Shown one piece after another: positions 37,801-51,689 of a DNA stretch of 64,000 nucleotides. The position numbers were made by a program, and so were the translations under genes. Source of the stretch: Eledone cirrhosa (Eukaryota); NCBI GenBank assembly GCA_964016885.1, contig OZ024743.1:47678001-47742000 (forward strand). Direction: 5' to 3'. The stretch's first letter is position 1; each line of letters opens with the position of its first letter. A model generated the notes under the pieces. That model saw only the letters and a program-made list of their open reading frames with translations, did no database searches and was not told the origin of the DNA.

Positions 37801-40800
37801 TGTGTTTCTTCTGACTAACACTTTTATATATTTTATTTACAGTAGAAGTTTCTAGAAGACAATTTTCTGAAGTGGCAACAGAATTATCTTCAATACTTTC
37901 TCCAGCTTTAACAAAACATTTCTTAATTTCTTCGGCTTTTCTTGACTTTAGGTCAGAAATGGATTCAAACTGAGTTACCAATTTCTCAGGTGTCTGCAAG
38001 GCTGTGTTCTGAAACTCTTTCTTGAATACTTTCAGTTGACTAGTCCTCTTATTTAAGAGCTTATGGCATGGTTTATTTAAGAACCTAAATGTTGAAAATA
38101 ATTATTTTAATATAAATGAAATAGTATCAAATATTTTACACAACTGAATATCATTAATAGAAGAGTAATTTGCATTTTCCCTGCTAGCAAGGGTTGGATA
38201 GGTCATCACAAACCAAGTCTGTACTTAATTGGAGCCACTGTCCTCTCGGATGTGCAGAGGGATACATTTTATTATGTCACCAACATTAGACAGGTTGTCC
38301 TGCCCTTCACACAACTGATGAGTATACTCAATCCTTTTTTGTAAGGTTTCTACAGTTGGATGCCTTTCTTATCACCAACCAGTTTACAGGGAGTATTGGA
38401 TGGATATTTTTGTAGCCCCAGCACTAAAGAGGCTGTTATTGTTATGATTGAAGGCTCCCCTCAACCCTTTTGGCATGGTTTCTATGGCTGGAAGTCCTTT
38501 CTAACACTGACCACTGTATAGAATGTACTAGATGTAAACTTACACCACTGTAAAGTGGTTAGTGTTAGAAAATGCATCCAGACATAGAAACCATGCCAAA
38601 AATGGAACGTATTGAGCAAGAAGTGGATCTCCAACAACAAATTAATTCTACCATTGGTCAAGCCATTTGTATTTTGTTTCACATTAGATTTTAGTTTTTT
38701 TTTTAATACTTATACTATTTTAGATTTAAGAATCACAGAGGCCATTATCATCAACTAGAAAAAGCCACAGATAAATAATAGATTGGAAATGCATATTTTA
38801 GACACTTAGACCATTCATTTGTTTTCGTTTGGAACTGTTTTCATTTTACATTTGAAAAGAGGGCAATATCCTTGAAATATACTGGGTAAAACATGTTTCT
38901 ATCAAAGCAGTATAAATTAGCCGAATCATTAAAAGGCTGGACAAATGTTTTGCAGCAATTGTTCCAGTTTTTTATGTTCTGGATTCAAATGTTGCTGAGG
39001 TAAACTTTATCTTTCATTCTTTTAGGGTCAATAAAATAAAGTACCAGGATCAATTTCCTCAACTTTCCCCTTCCCTGAAATTGCTGGCCTTGTGCATCAA
39101 TTAAAAACCACTGTTGCCATTATTCTGTATTTAAACAGGGGTAGTCTCAGATGGGTTAATTGTGTTGTGGAATGAAATAGGGGAGTTACATCATATGAAA
39201 GTTAAGAAACAAAATAAACTCCTTTGATAAAACAAATAAAAAATGTCACTGTTATCATAAGAGTGTATAAATGAGAGCAAATGTCCTACTTATAATCTCA
39301 TTATGACATTGTATTGGTGAGAGATAATACCTGATACATAGCTGGAGGTAATTAACTTGGCAGCACATCTTGACCTCTCAGGCATACATTGACACCTCAA
39401 AATAATGATTTCTAGTATAGGCACAAGGCCAGTAATTTGGGAGGAGGGGAAAGTCGATTAAATCGACCCCAGTACATTACTGGTACTTTATCTTATTGAT
39501 CCCGTAAGGATGAAGGGAAAGTTAACCTCGGCGGGATTTGAACTCAGACCGTAAAGGGCCTTAACTCTGTGCTGCAAAGCATGGTGTCCGACTCTCTACT
39601 GATACTGCCAATCCACTGCCCTTGGACACCACAAAACAATAAGATAATTTAGAATCATTGCTTCTAACTTTGTCGTAAGGATTCCATTGTGTCCTTAAGT
39701 AAGACATTTAATCTGCTAAGACCAATTTCTTTAACGTGAAGGTGCATGGCCCAGTGGTTAGGATGTTAAACTTACAATCATATGGTTGTGGGTTCGATTC
39801 CTGAACAAGGGCAGTTTGTTGTGTTCTTGAGCAAGACATCATTTCACATTGCTTTTTATGATAGGGCTGAGGATGCTATCACTAAAACACCTGAGAAATC
39901 TATGAGATGCAACCTGTAAGAGGCCAATTAAACCCACATAGGTGTGAGCTGTAAATTTATTTTTTCATTTTAATATTCACTTAGCGCAAAAAATTACATA
40001 ATTAAATGGTATTCATTCTTGCACTCGGTGCACTGAGTTCAAATCCCACTGAAGTTAACTTTCCTTTTTATCATTTTGAGATTAATAAAGTACCAGTCTA
40101 ATACTGAGGTCAGTTCTCTCTCTCTCACTTTTCTTAATTCTTTCTCTTCCCCTGGAAGATGTTGTACGTCACGATGGCTCCGCTATTATTTCCTCAAGTA
40201 TTTAGGGCCAATGAATGATCAAACACACATACAAACACACACACATGTACATATATATACAAAGTACACACACACACACACACACAAGCTATTGATTAAT
40301 TAAATTAAGAGACTATTTCAGTAATTTTACAAATATGGTTTAACATGAGAACTGGAATAGAGAAATATGATATTTGATACTGAGAAAACTCTTTAGTTTT
40401 GCAAGGAACAAGGGAACCCCTCTTAGTGCAGTTGTCATGATAAAGTGAGTGGTGATAGGAAGTGCAAAGAGGGATAGAAACCATACTAAATATGGATTGT
40501 ATGATCAAAACCTGGTTCTTCAACCTGCCTGTAAAATAGTCACAACACGTTTAACCTATGTTATCACAGAAAGTGAAGAGATGATAATGATGACGATGGT
40601 GGAAGTGGAAGTGGTGGTGGCAGCAGCAGTGATGATGATCATCATCATGTGGTAAGTTAAGTGACAGGCTCAGTTAACATGCTAAATTTGAAGGCAACTT
40701 TAAAAATATAGAATTATTGAACTAAATCAATATAATTAATAAGTCACAGATGAAAGGGTGTCAACCAGCAAAGAAAGAAATCAATATGTAGCAAAAAGAA

Positions 40801-43800
40801 TTGTAATAAAAGGTGGGAAAAATTCTATTGACCTCCATTTTAGTTTCAAATGTTTATTGAAAGGTGTGTGCTATAAGTGTTGGTTCAATAACCCTGTAAT
40901 GTGGTTATAGAATCATCTAAAACAACAAATTTGGTTTCTAATTTAGACACAACGCCACCAAATTTTAGAGAAGGACAAAGTTGATTAAATCAACTCCAGA
41001 ACAAATACCACAATGGTATTTTATCTGACACTTTACCAATTATGCTAAACCATTGCACCTAAAATAACAAATTCAAGCTAAGTTTATTGACGAACACTTT
41101 AGTAATAATATATAATATAGCCATGAGCCCTTAATTCCTAATGGAATCATATGGGCACCATAATGATATATGGCATATCTTGAGCATTTAAACCCCAGCA
41201 GGATTTGAAGGCAGAACAAAGAGAGCCAGAATGACTACAATAAAGCAGCCTATCGAACATTCTAATGATTCTGTCACTGACTATATATAATACATGACTG
41301 TTTTACATCTATTTTACATGTTTGCATCGGTTAAACATATATAATACATACGTACATATATTATATTACTTTTATGCTATATATACTTATAGTATAATAG
41401 TAATATAATAATATAATCTCATCATTAGCCTTTAACATCCTCTTTTCTTGTTATAGTAATATAATAAAACCGTTATTTCTTACCTGGTTTTATTTAGTAG
41501 TCTCTTTTCAACTGAAAATGCTGTTGAGTTCTTATGAACATTTTGGTTGGATGATAAATTTCGGGAAAATCTGATTGCTTTCACAGGAGTTGGCTTGCTG
41601 ATCTTTGATACTGGTTCACCGGGATATTCCCTATCATGACCATTAACATGGTCTTTGTTTAAATGATTGTTATTTGGTAGAATTGCATTTTCCATAGGTC
41701 TTTTCATACCGTTAATAGGAAGATGTGGAAGCAATGTTTTCTCTACAGAATTCTTTGTTAAGATTCGAGAAAGAGAAACTGCATCATCATTTTTTACTGT
41801 ATCTCTATCTGAAGAATATCTTTTGATAAATTCTAAAGTATCTGGAAATGGAGTGATAAGAGGAGCAACCAAAATGAATTCTTCCATTAATATCAGAATA
41901 TCATTAGTGGAAACATTCTCATTTGAATCTCGAGCAAAGATCTTTGTTTGTGAGAAATCCTCATCCATCAGTTTCTCTGGTTTCTCAGTGCCAGGAGATA
42001 AATCAAAGGCCTCTTCAGTTCCTAACCCTTCTGAACTCACAGTATTATTTGTCACATTCTCTTTTGTTACATTTTTAAATACACCATTCAAAACTGAAGT
42101 GGAATTCTGGAGAATCGTTTCAGAGAATTTGTTGTTCTTCTCATTCTCTCTTGTTATATTCTTAGATATAACATCTGAACCTAAAATGGAATTCTGGAAA
42201 ATGGTTTCAGAGCATTTATTGTTCTTCCCTCTTTCTGTTGGTTCATTCTCAGATGCTATACCATTCGGTGTTGAAATGGAATTTTGGAGAAAGATTTCAA
42301 AACCTTTGAAATGAGATAATGATTTTGTATTAACCAAATAAGTTCTATCACAAACAGATTCTTGAGAAAGTTTTCTATTTTCTTTGATGTCTCTCCAAGC
42401 TGTTTTGACTGCAGTAATCTTTTCATCATCTATATTTGTCTTATTACTGAAATTTAACAGTTTGAGTAATTTTGGAGAAATTTTAAAAGGGTCACGTGAA
42501 ATCGGTTGTTTGTTATATACAGGAACTTTCATCTCTTCAGACTGAAATTCCTTTAATTTTACTTTTAGTGGAGGAATTTGGGAATTTTGGTCATTAGAGT
42601 TTGTACAGGTTTCTATTTTATCAATATTATTTACAGATGTTAATGGAACATTACTATTTGAAAACTGCTTTTCATTTTCAGAATCTGAGCTGGAACCACC
42701 AAACAAGTCATTTATAGAGGTAATAGGTTTAGATGTATAATATTTATCTGAACTTAAATCTATCTCATGCTCAGACAATGAATCCGAAAACGTCAAGTTA
42801 TCTTCATTGTTCTCAGTTTCCAATGCATATGAATGTTCAATTTTAATCCAATGGCTAATACCCTCTTCTTTTAATGGATGTTGTTCTTTTACGACTTTGG
42901 AAATTTTCTCACCATCAGTTCCAGATTTTAGTAAATTTCTTTGAAAGTTCACTTTCCTGGAAGTGTTGTAATCCAATTCTAAAGAATCATCACTAAAATT
43001 GTTATATTCTTCACTGGAACTATTTTCATTGTTATTTTCAGTAGAAACTTGCTCTTGGAGTTTCAGTGCTGCTGTTTCATTGGATACTAAACTAGTTCTA
43101 AAGTCAAGATCTTTCACTTCCTTAGTAGAGATAAATGTTTCAGATATTTTAGGGAGAGAATCTGGTGTGGTGCGTGTTTTCTTAAAATTGTCAAATTTAA
43201 CTTCTAAATTGTTAGAAATATTTTCTGAATTGCAAAATTTAGTTTCTGAATTGTTAAATTTAGTTTCTGAATTATTAAATTTAGTTTCTGAATTGTTAAA
43301 TTTAGTTTCTGAATTGTTAAATTTAGTTTCTGAATTGCTAAATTTAGTTTCCGAATTGTTAAATTTAGTTTCTGAATTGCTAAATTTAGTTTCTGAATTG
43401 TTAAATTTAGTTTCTGAATTGCTAAATTTAGTTTCTGAATTGTTAAATTTAGTTTCTGAATTGCTAAATTTAGTTTCTGAATTGTTAAATTTAGTTTCTG
43501 AATTGCTAAATTTAGTTTCTGAATTGTTAAAAGGTGAAGAAAGAATTAAAGCTGCGTGAAGATGACTTTCTTCAATTGAAGTATTTTCAATTATTGGGGT
43601 TTTATCTTTCAGATTTCCATTATTTAATGTTTGGGGGTTAATCTGTGAAGGATGGGAATTGTCAATGCCATTTTGGTGGTTTTGAGGTAGATTTGGCTGA
43701 GATGTTTCAGAAATGGTGGAATTTAAGTCTGCTGCTGCTGTTGAATCTTTTGTTATGGTAGGAATTTTAGCAGATACAGATTCACTCTTAAAGTCATCAG

Positions 43801-46800
43801 CAGTTTCACTGAAATCTTTTTTAATGTAGTTTTCACAAACGATTTCTGAATTAGTTGTGCTATAAACAGATTTCGGGTCACTCTTAATTTTGGATTTACC
43901 ATTCTCATTCTGAGATGCAATCACAGATTCTTTATTATTATTCCTCTTGCTATTATCTTCAGACTTCTTTAAGTTTCCATCAGACAAAATTAATGCTGAG
44001 ATATTTGAATCAATTTCATCTTCTATAGAAACTTCACAACTTGGAGTTGGTTCGGTGTAATTGTAAGCAACATTGTGAAATGTCTTAGTAACAGGCTTTA
44101 AAACACCAGCAGTTTGATTGCCTTCAGCATTGTTTTCCAAAATCTTTTTTGAATTAGTTTTGCTATAATCAGAATTCTGACCACATTTGATACTGGGTGT
44201 GTTTTTACCATTGCCGTTCTGACACTCAATGAAAGATTCTTTATTAATATTCCTCTTCCAGTTATCTCGAGACATCTTTAAGTTTTCATCAGACAAAATT
44301 GGACATTTTCTTGATGTTGATAGACTTCGATCAATTTCATATTCTAAAGATATTTCTCTTGAAATTTTCTGAGTGTAATCATAAACAACATTGTGAAATT
44401 CCATAGAATAGGACTTTAATATATCTCCAGAATTCATATTATCAGAGCATGGTGTCAGCTTTTGACCATTTATCGGTAGCACCTTTTCCATACATAATGT
44501 TCCATCGGGAAGAATTTCAAATGGCTTAAAATTATCATCTAAATCTTTTCTCATGCCACCTTCTTCTACATTGATACAATCATCACCTCTTTCACTAGAT
44601 TTATCACAGACAGTTTTGGCAGTGTCAATACCATTTTTAATTATTTGAGAGTGTTTAACCTGTAAATGAACTTTATTCTTTGGAGATTGCAAAAGGTTGC
44701 TGGGATTGTTCCTGTTTTTTGGTACCTTCACAGTTTCTGGCATGGCATCCATTTCATTGTCAACACCAATGGCTTGGAGAAATTTTGTCTCCAGCATTTC
44801 TGCAAAGTCATCATCAGAACTATTATCACAACCATTCTGATCTGGAAGTTCACAGAAGGAATTCTCTTCATCCTAGAAGATAATGAAACAAATAAAATAT
44901 AGCAACAAACAAGTGTTTTAACCCTTTAACATTTACATTACTATATATTTATATACTATTATATTTTCATGGTAAAGGCTTGAGATTTTGATATTATTTA
45001 TTTTGAGAACAATACCTTAACATCCGTATGAGTAGCTGGTTATGGCTGGTTTGAACAGAAAGAGGTGAGAGAATTCTGGCCAGATATGGGCGGTTTAAAT
45101 GCTAAAGGGTCAAAGCTATTTTCCTTGTTAATGCAGGGATTAGCCTTGCCAGCTCCATGACAGGCTTCATACTCAACATGGAGTATTTTCTGAGGTAATA
45201 TTTTATAACCAGATGCCCTTTCTAGGACCAACCCTTTTAGTCACCTCTTACAAGTGTATATATTCTAAACTAGATACACACAGTAGAATGAAATAAATAA
45301 AATATATAAAACATGTATTAAACAAAGCAATACAGTTTATATGAAGCATTGTGAGATACATAATTAAGAATGTATTCCCAATACATTCTTAATTATTAAA
45401 TGTATTAAAATTTGGAAAGCTAAGGGCTTATGTAAATGCTATTTGTGGTGGCTAATGGGTTAAGCATCTCAGTTCACAATGTATATTTTATGAATTGAAA
45501 CTGGTGCCATAAAACATTGAGGACATATAGATATATACTTTAACAAATCATGTAAATGAGTTTGTAAAACTATTCAACCAAAACTGATATGGAAAATTAG
45601 CTGTTAAAAAATAAAGTTAATCTAAGATAAATTCAGGATATCCTCATATATTAGTTTACTTGTTCTACTTAAATTAAAGTATATATAGTTACACTAACCT
45701 AGGGATTGAACTCACAACCAGTAAATAAACTAGCAACAATTATACTGACAGCTATGTGATGGAAGTTAGGAGCCTTTTTTTTACAGTTTAGAATACATTA
45801 ACAAGTTATGTTGATTATCAATATGTAATGAAATACTTTACAACTAACAACACACAAGCCTACAAGGAAGCCTCTACATGATCACTCATCATGCTAAAAT
45901 TAGCGGCAAATCTACTGCAGCCTGAGGTTTTGGTAAAGACATTTGCTCAAGATGTCACGCAGCGGGAATGAATTTGGGACCTCGTGATCACATAAAAACT
46001 CAATATATTACAATTTACAACACATATCCCTTTTAGATCATATTGATATTTAATAGTGGCACAGGCCAGTTAATTAAATCTACTTCAGTACTTGACTGGT
46101 ACTATAATTTATCAATTCCTGAAAGACAAAAGGCAAAGTTGCCATTTGGCAAAACTTGAACTCAGAATGTAAAGAGGTGTAACTAAGATACCATCATTAA
46201 TTTTTATCCAATGCTCTAATGATTCTGTAAATAATCAACTGACAAAAATATATGATAAATCATAACATCCAATACATTACAAACTAATACAGAAACACTA
46301 ATATGTCAGTGCCCCAGAATGGTCACAGCCCAGGACTTCTTACCTCTTCATTATGTTCTGAAGGTATGGGAGACAGCAAGGTCCACATAGTCATTTCATT
46401 AATGATATGGGTGACGTCATCAGCTTTGGACGGAACATTTGGATATGGAACAGCAATGGCTTGAAATAAATTGAAAATTTCAAGTTAACAGGATTAATGC
46501 ACAACGACCACCACCACCATCACCACCGCAGCCATTCATGGCCACCACCACCATCACCCAAGCTGTCACCATCGTTACAGTTATCACCACTGCTACATCC
46601 ATCATCATTACCAAAGCCACCGGTCTTCCACTTCTTAGCAAGATATAATATATATATATATATATCATAATCTATAAAGCTCAGTGTGTGGTCATGCTCC
46701 TTCGTTATAGAAATCTACAATATAGAATTTCTTCAATTGAAATTTACAATTCAGTATTCGAAATAGCTTTGATTGCGTCTTGACGCAGATAATTTTTTCA

Positions 46801-47492
46801 ATTTCACCCACAATTACGCAAAAAATAGATAAAACTCAATATTTTACGATTTTTCTCTCTCATTTAAACTGCTGAACTCTTTCTACTACCATTCAAAATC
46901 TATACAACTTCATACTTTCTCTTTCCAAGCTTGATGGTGATACTGTCCGTTCACACCACTCCCTACTTTCTTAAATTTAGAAAACATATCTTCTATGAGG
47001 TCACTAAACCTGCTAGAAACAGCAGCTAACTCTCCCCCATATCACACCACTCCCTACTGTCTTAAATTTAGAAAACACATATCCTCTATGAGGTCACTAA
47101 ACCTGCGAGAAACAACAGCTAACTCCCCCTCATATCACAACCCTCCCTACTGTCTTAAATTTAGAAAACACACAGACAACCATGCAGAACAACTCCATCG
47201 CAGCTCTGTTGTTCGGCTGGCATCGTCTACTCGCGTGTTGCGCAAGTACTGTGAAACAATAAATTTCAACACTTTTTTGCACAGAGATAATATCCATAGG
47301 CGAAACTACAATTGTCACTGCTGGCGCAGCTCATGCTTCCAGGTCTGCAATTCATTCACCCAGTGCCTGGCAGACAAAAAAGTGGTGGCATAAAATGGGT
47401 GGTGCAACCTAACTTTGCTAACTTAATGACCCCGAGCAACGCCGGGCTTTAATGCTAGTATATATATATTTATATATATTTATATTTATATA

Positions 47493-47536
<44 letters not shown>

Positions 47537-50473
47537 AAGTAAATATAAATACAAAGTAAAACCTATTACAGTCAGTAGGCATCTCTAACAAAATACACCC
47601 CCGTCCCCCCACCCCATCCACACTGCCCCTTTCAATGTAAAGTTATGTTGGTGCCACAAAATCCAGGCCGAAACAAATGAGATCGTGTAGGTGTCACGAA
47701 AAAAAAACACACAGTCCACGCTGTAATGTGACCGTGTAGGCAACACGGTAAAAACGTCCCAGTCCCACACTGTAAATGTGGTTGGTGTTAGGAAGGGCAT
47801 CCAGCTGTAGAAAACCTGCCAGACAGTCCACGCTGTAATGTGGCCGTGTAGACAACACGGTAAAAACCTCCCAGCCCCACACTGTAAATGTGGTTGGTGT
47901 TAGGAAGGGCATCCAACTGTAGAAAACCCACCAGACAGTCCTATGCGAGCAAGACAACCACTCTTGCCTCAAGTGGGAAAACTCCCGTCCAAACCCATGC
48001 AAGCATGGAACACGGACGTTAAACGATGATGATGATGATATATATATATATCTAAAGTTCTAGTTTGTAGGAAGGAAAATAGGGCACCGGTCCCATCTGG
48101 GAAATGGCCATGCTCAGGAAAGGAGTAAGGAGTAGGTAGAAACTCCATTTTATGTCCCAAATGCAAAGTATGAGTACATAAAAGATGTAGTGGGATCACA
48201 GGTAAACTATCTAAGAATATAGATTTTATATGTGGCCGGTGCTCTGGTGCAATAAGTAGCAGCAAGTGCCCACAAAATACTAGCTCTTTCAATTGCGCAG
48301 AGGGTTCTATAGAAATAGTGGACAGCTTCCGTTACCTGGGTGACAAAATCAGCAGTGGGGGAGGGTGCTCTGAAAGTACAGTAGCTAGGGTCAGAACGGG
48401 ATGGAAAAAGTTCAGAGAGCTTATACCACTATTGGCCGCTAAAGGGTTCTCTCTAAAAATGAAGGGCAGGCTGTATGATGCCTGCATACGAACAGCAATG
48501 TTACATGGCAGTGAGACCTGGGTATTGTGCGCAGAGGATATACGTAGACTGGAGAGAAACGAAGCTTGCATGCTCCGCTGGATGTGTAATAGTAACATAC
48601 GTGAACAGCAAAGCATAAACATACTAAGGGAGAAATTAGAAATAAGAGGGATCAGATGTTGTTTACTCGAGAGAAGACTACGTTGGTATGGTCACGTGAT
48701 GCGCATGAAAGACGACAGCTGTATAAAAAAGTGCAGGGCAATAGAAATAGACGGTAGCCACGGAGTAGGCAGACCCAGAAAAACCTGGGACGACTTGATA
48801 AATTCCGACCTCACACACTTACACCTCTCCAAGACAATGTCACTGGACCGAGACCTTTGGCAGTACTCAGTAATAGAGAAGACCCGCCTTATCTAAGTAC
48901 AAAGTGAAACCTACTACAGTCAGTAGGCACCTCTAACAAAATACACCCCGTCCCACTACCCCCACCCCATCCACACCGCCCCTTTCAATGTAAAGTTATG
49001 TTGGTGCCACAACATCCAGGCCGAAACAAATGAGATCGTGTAGGTGTCACGACAAAAAAACACACAGTCCACGCTGTAATGTGGCCGTGTAGGCAACACG
49101 GTAAAAACCTCCCAGTCCCACACTGTAAATGTGGTTGGTGTTAGGAAGGGCATCCAGCTGTAGAAAACCCGCCAGACAGTCCTATGCGAGCAAGACAACC
49201 ACTCTTGCCTCAAGTGGGAAAACTCCGGTCCAAACCCATGCAAGCGTGGAACATGGACGTTAAACGATGATGATGATGATCATGATATATATTTAGAAAA
49301 GGGTATAAATGCCCATAGCAGACCTAGAGCACTCAACAAATTCATGGAGCAAAAGATCAATGAAAAAATATATATATGGAAGCACATGGCTTAGTGGTTA
49401 GAGCATTGGCCTTGCAATCGAAAGGTTGTGAATTCAATTCTCAGACCGGGTGATGTGTTGTTTCCTTGAGCAAGACACTTTATTTCACATTGCTCCAGTT
49501 TACTCAGCGGTAGAAATGAGATGATAGCGACTGGGGTCCCTATCATTCCACTGCAAAGTGGTCGTGGAGGTTGCCATGGTAAAAAAAAGCATCCAGCACT
49601 CACTGTAAATGAGGTTGGTGTTAGGAAGGGCATCCAGCTGTAGAAATCAAGCCAGAATCAGTTCCCGTCCCACCCTTTCAAGCAGGGAAAAGCGGACGTA
49701 AAATGATTATGATTATGATGATATACACACACACATATATATACATATACATAGTGAAGGCGCATGGCTTAGTGGTTAGAGCATTGGGCTTGCAATCGAA
49801 AGGTTGTGAGTTCAATTCTCAGACTAGGTGATGTGTTGTTTCCTTGAGCAAGACACTTTATTTCAGATTGCTCCAGTTTACTCAGCTGTAGAAATGAGAT
49901 AAGGACTGGGGTCCCTATCATTCCACTGCAAAGTGGTCGTGGAGGTGCCACGGCAAAAAAGCACCCAGCACTCACTGTAAATGAGGTTGGTGTTAGGAAG
50001 GGCATCCAGCTGTAGAAATCAAGCCAAAATCAGTTCCCGTCCCACCCTTGCAAGCAGGGAAAAGCGGACGTAAAATGATGATGATGATGATGATGATATA
50101 TATATTTTGGCTTGATTTCTACAGCTGGATGCCCTTCCTAACACCAACCTCATATACAGGGAGTGCTGGGTGCTTTTTTGCCGTGGCACCTCCATGACCA
50201 CTTTGCAGTGGAATGATAGGGACTCCAGTCCCTATCATCTCATTTCTACTGGAGCAATGTGAAATAAAGTGTCTTGCTCAAGGAAACAACACATCACCTA
50301 GTCTGAGAATTGAACTCACAACCTTTCGATTGCAAAACCAATGCTCTAACCACTAAGCCATGTGCCCCCATTATATACATATATATACATATATATATAC
50401 ATATATATACACATATATATACACATATATATACATATATGTATATATACATATACATGTATGTATGTATGTA

Positions 50474-50541
<68 letters not shown>

Positions 50542-51650
50542 GATGTATGTATGTATGTATATCATCATCACCGTTTTACGTCCGTTCTTCCACGCTAGCA
50601 TGGGTTAGACGGGTTGTCCTGTTGTGGGCAGTGTCTGGTCAGCTGACCATGCCTTGCTCATACAGGAACTGATTTTGGCTTGATTTCTACAGCTGGATGC
50701 CCTTCCTAATACCAACCTCATTTAGCAATAAATACCAGAGTGTAATGTTCATCGATACAACCCCTAGAGGTGAATTAGCTTACAAATTTAGAAGGGCCCT
50801 AGATAAACATAAACTCAATATTAAGATAGTAGAAAGACCAGGTACCTCCATAAAAACACTTATTAGCAAGACATACCCTTTTCAAAGACCCCCCCTCCCC
50901 CTGTATAGAGAAGAAATGTATAACCTGTAAAATAAGCCCCCATATTAACTGTAAAACTAGAAATGTATAGCATAAAGATGTACTGAAGGACAATGTAGAG
51001 AGAAAAATATAGTGTACATAGGCGAGACAGCTTGTAGTGTAGGGGAACGGATAAATGAACACTGGCGAGACCTTCAAGATAGTAAAGAATCATCTGTACT
51101 CTACCAACATGCTAAAATAGAACATAAGGGTAAATTAGAGAACATAGAAATAAAAATAGAATCTACACACAGAAAAGACGCAATGTTTAGACAAATCACA
51201 GAAGCAATAAACATAAAAGAATTACAACCAAAATAGAAAATATGAGTGGAACAGCAACATCACAACTTATAATTAAGGACAAAATGAAAACACACACGCA
51301 CATAGAACAAACAACCAACCGGTAACATGTAAATAAACAAATATAAACACACACAGACACCCGGATGTGGCGCATGCGCAGACTGAGTACACAACACACA
51401 CACAGAAACAAAATGGCGTAGGACAGAACAAAGGAGAGGCACAAAAACAAAGAAAAGAATCCCCAGTCACTGAAGAGGTCACAGAATGTGTGACGAAAGA
51501 ACTTTGACAATATATAAATAACTATCTGGTTGTGGAACCAACCAACCAAAAATTTAATTTATAAATTCCTAAATTTATTATAATAAATTGAAGTGAAACA
51601 ACTGGTGCGTGTGTTTCTTATTGGCAACATGACCCTCCCAAAGTATAAGA

Positions 51651-51689
<39 letters not shown>

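Noticed and set aside
41667-43559. Antisense ORFs of 215 and 186 aa, including a leucine-zipper-like LNLVSEL heptad
   Set aside because: Shadow frames of the ICE1 exon and its 21-bp repeat, without ATG starts or splice support.
50726-51236. In-frame stops in the Penelope ORF as selenocysteine recoding (Naiad-type)
   Set aside because: The breaks include TAG and frameshifts, and a hammerhead is present rather than a recognisable SECIS; ordinary decay is more likely.
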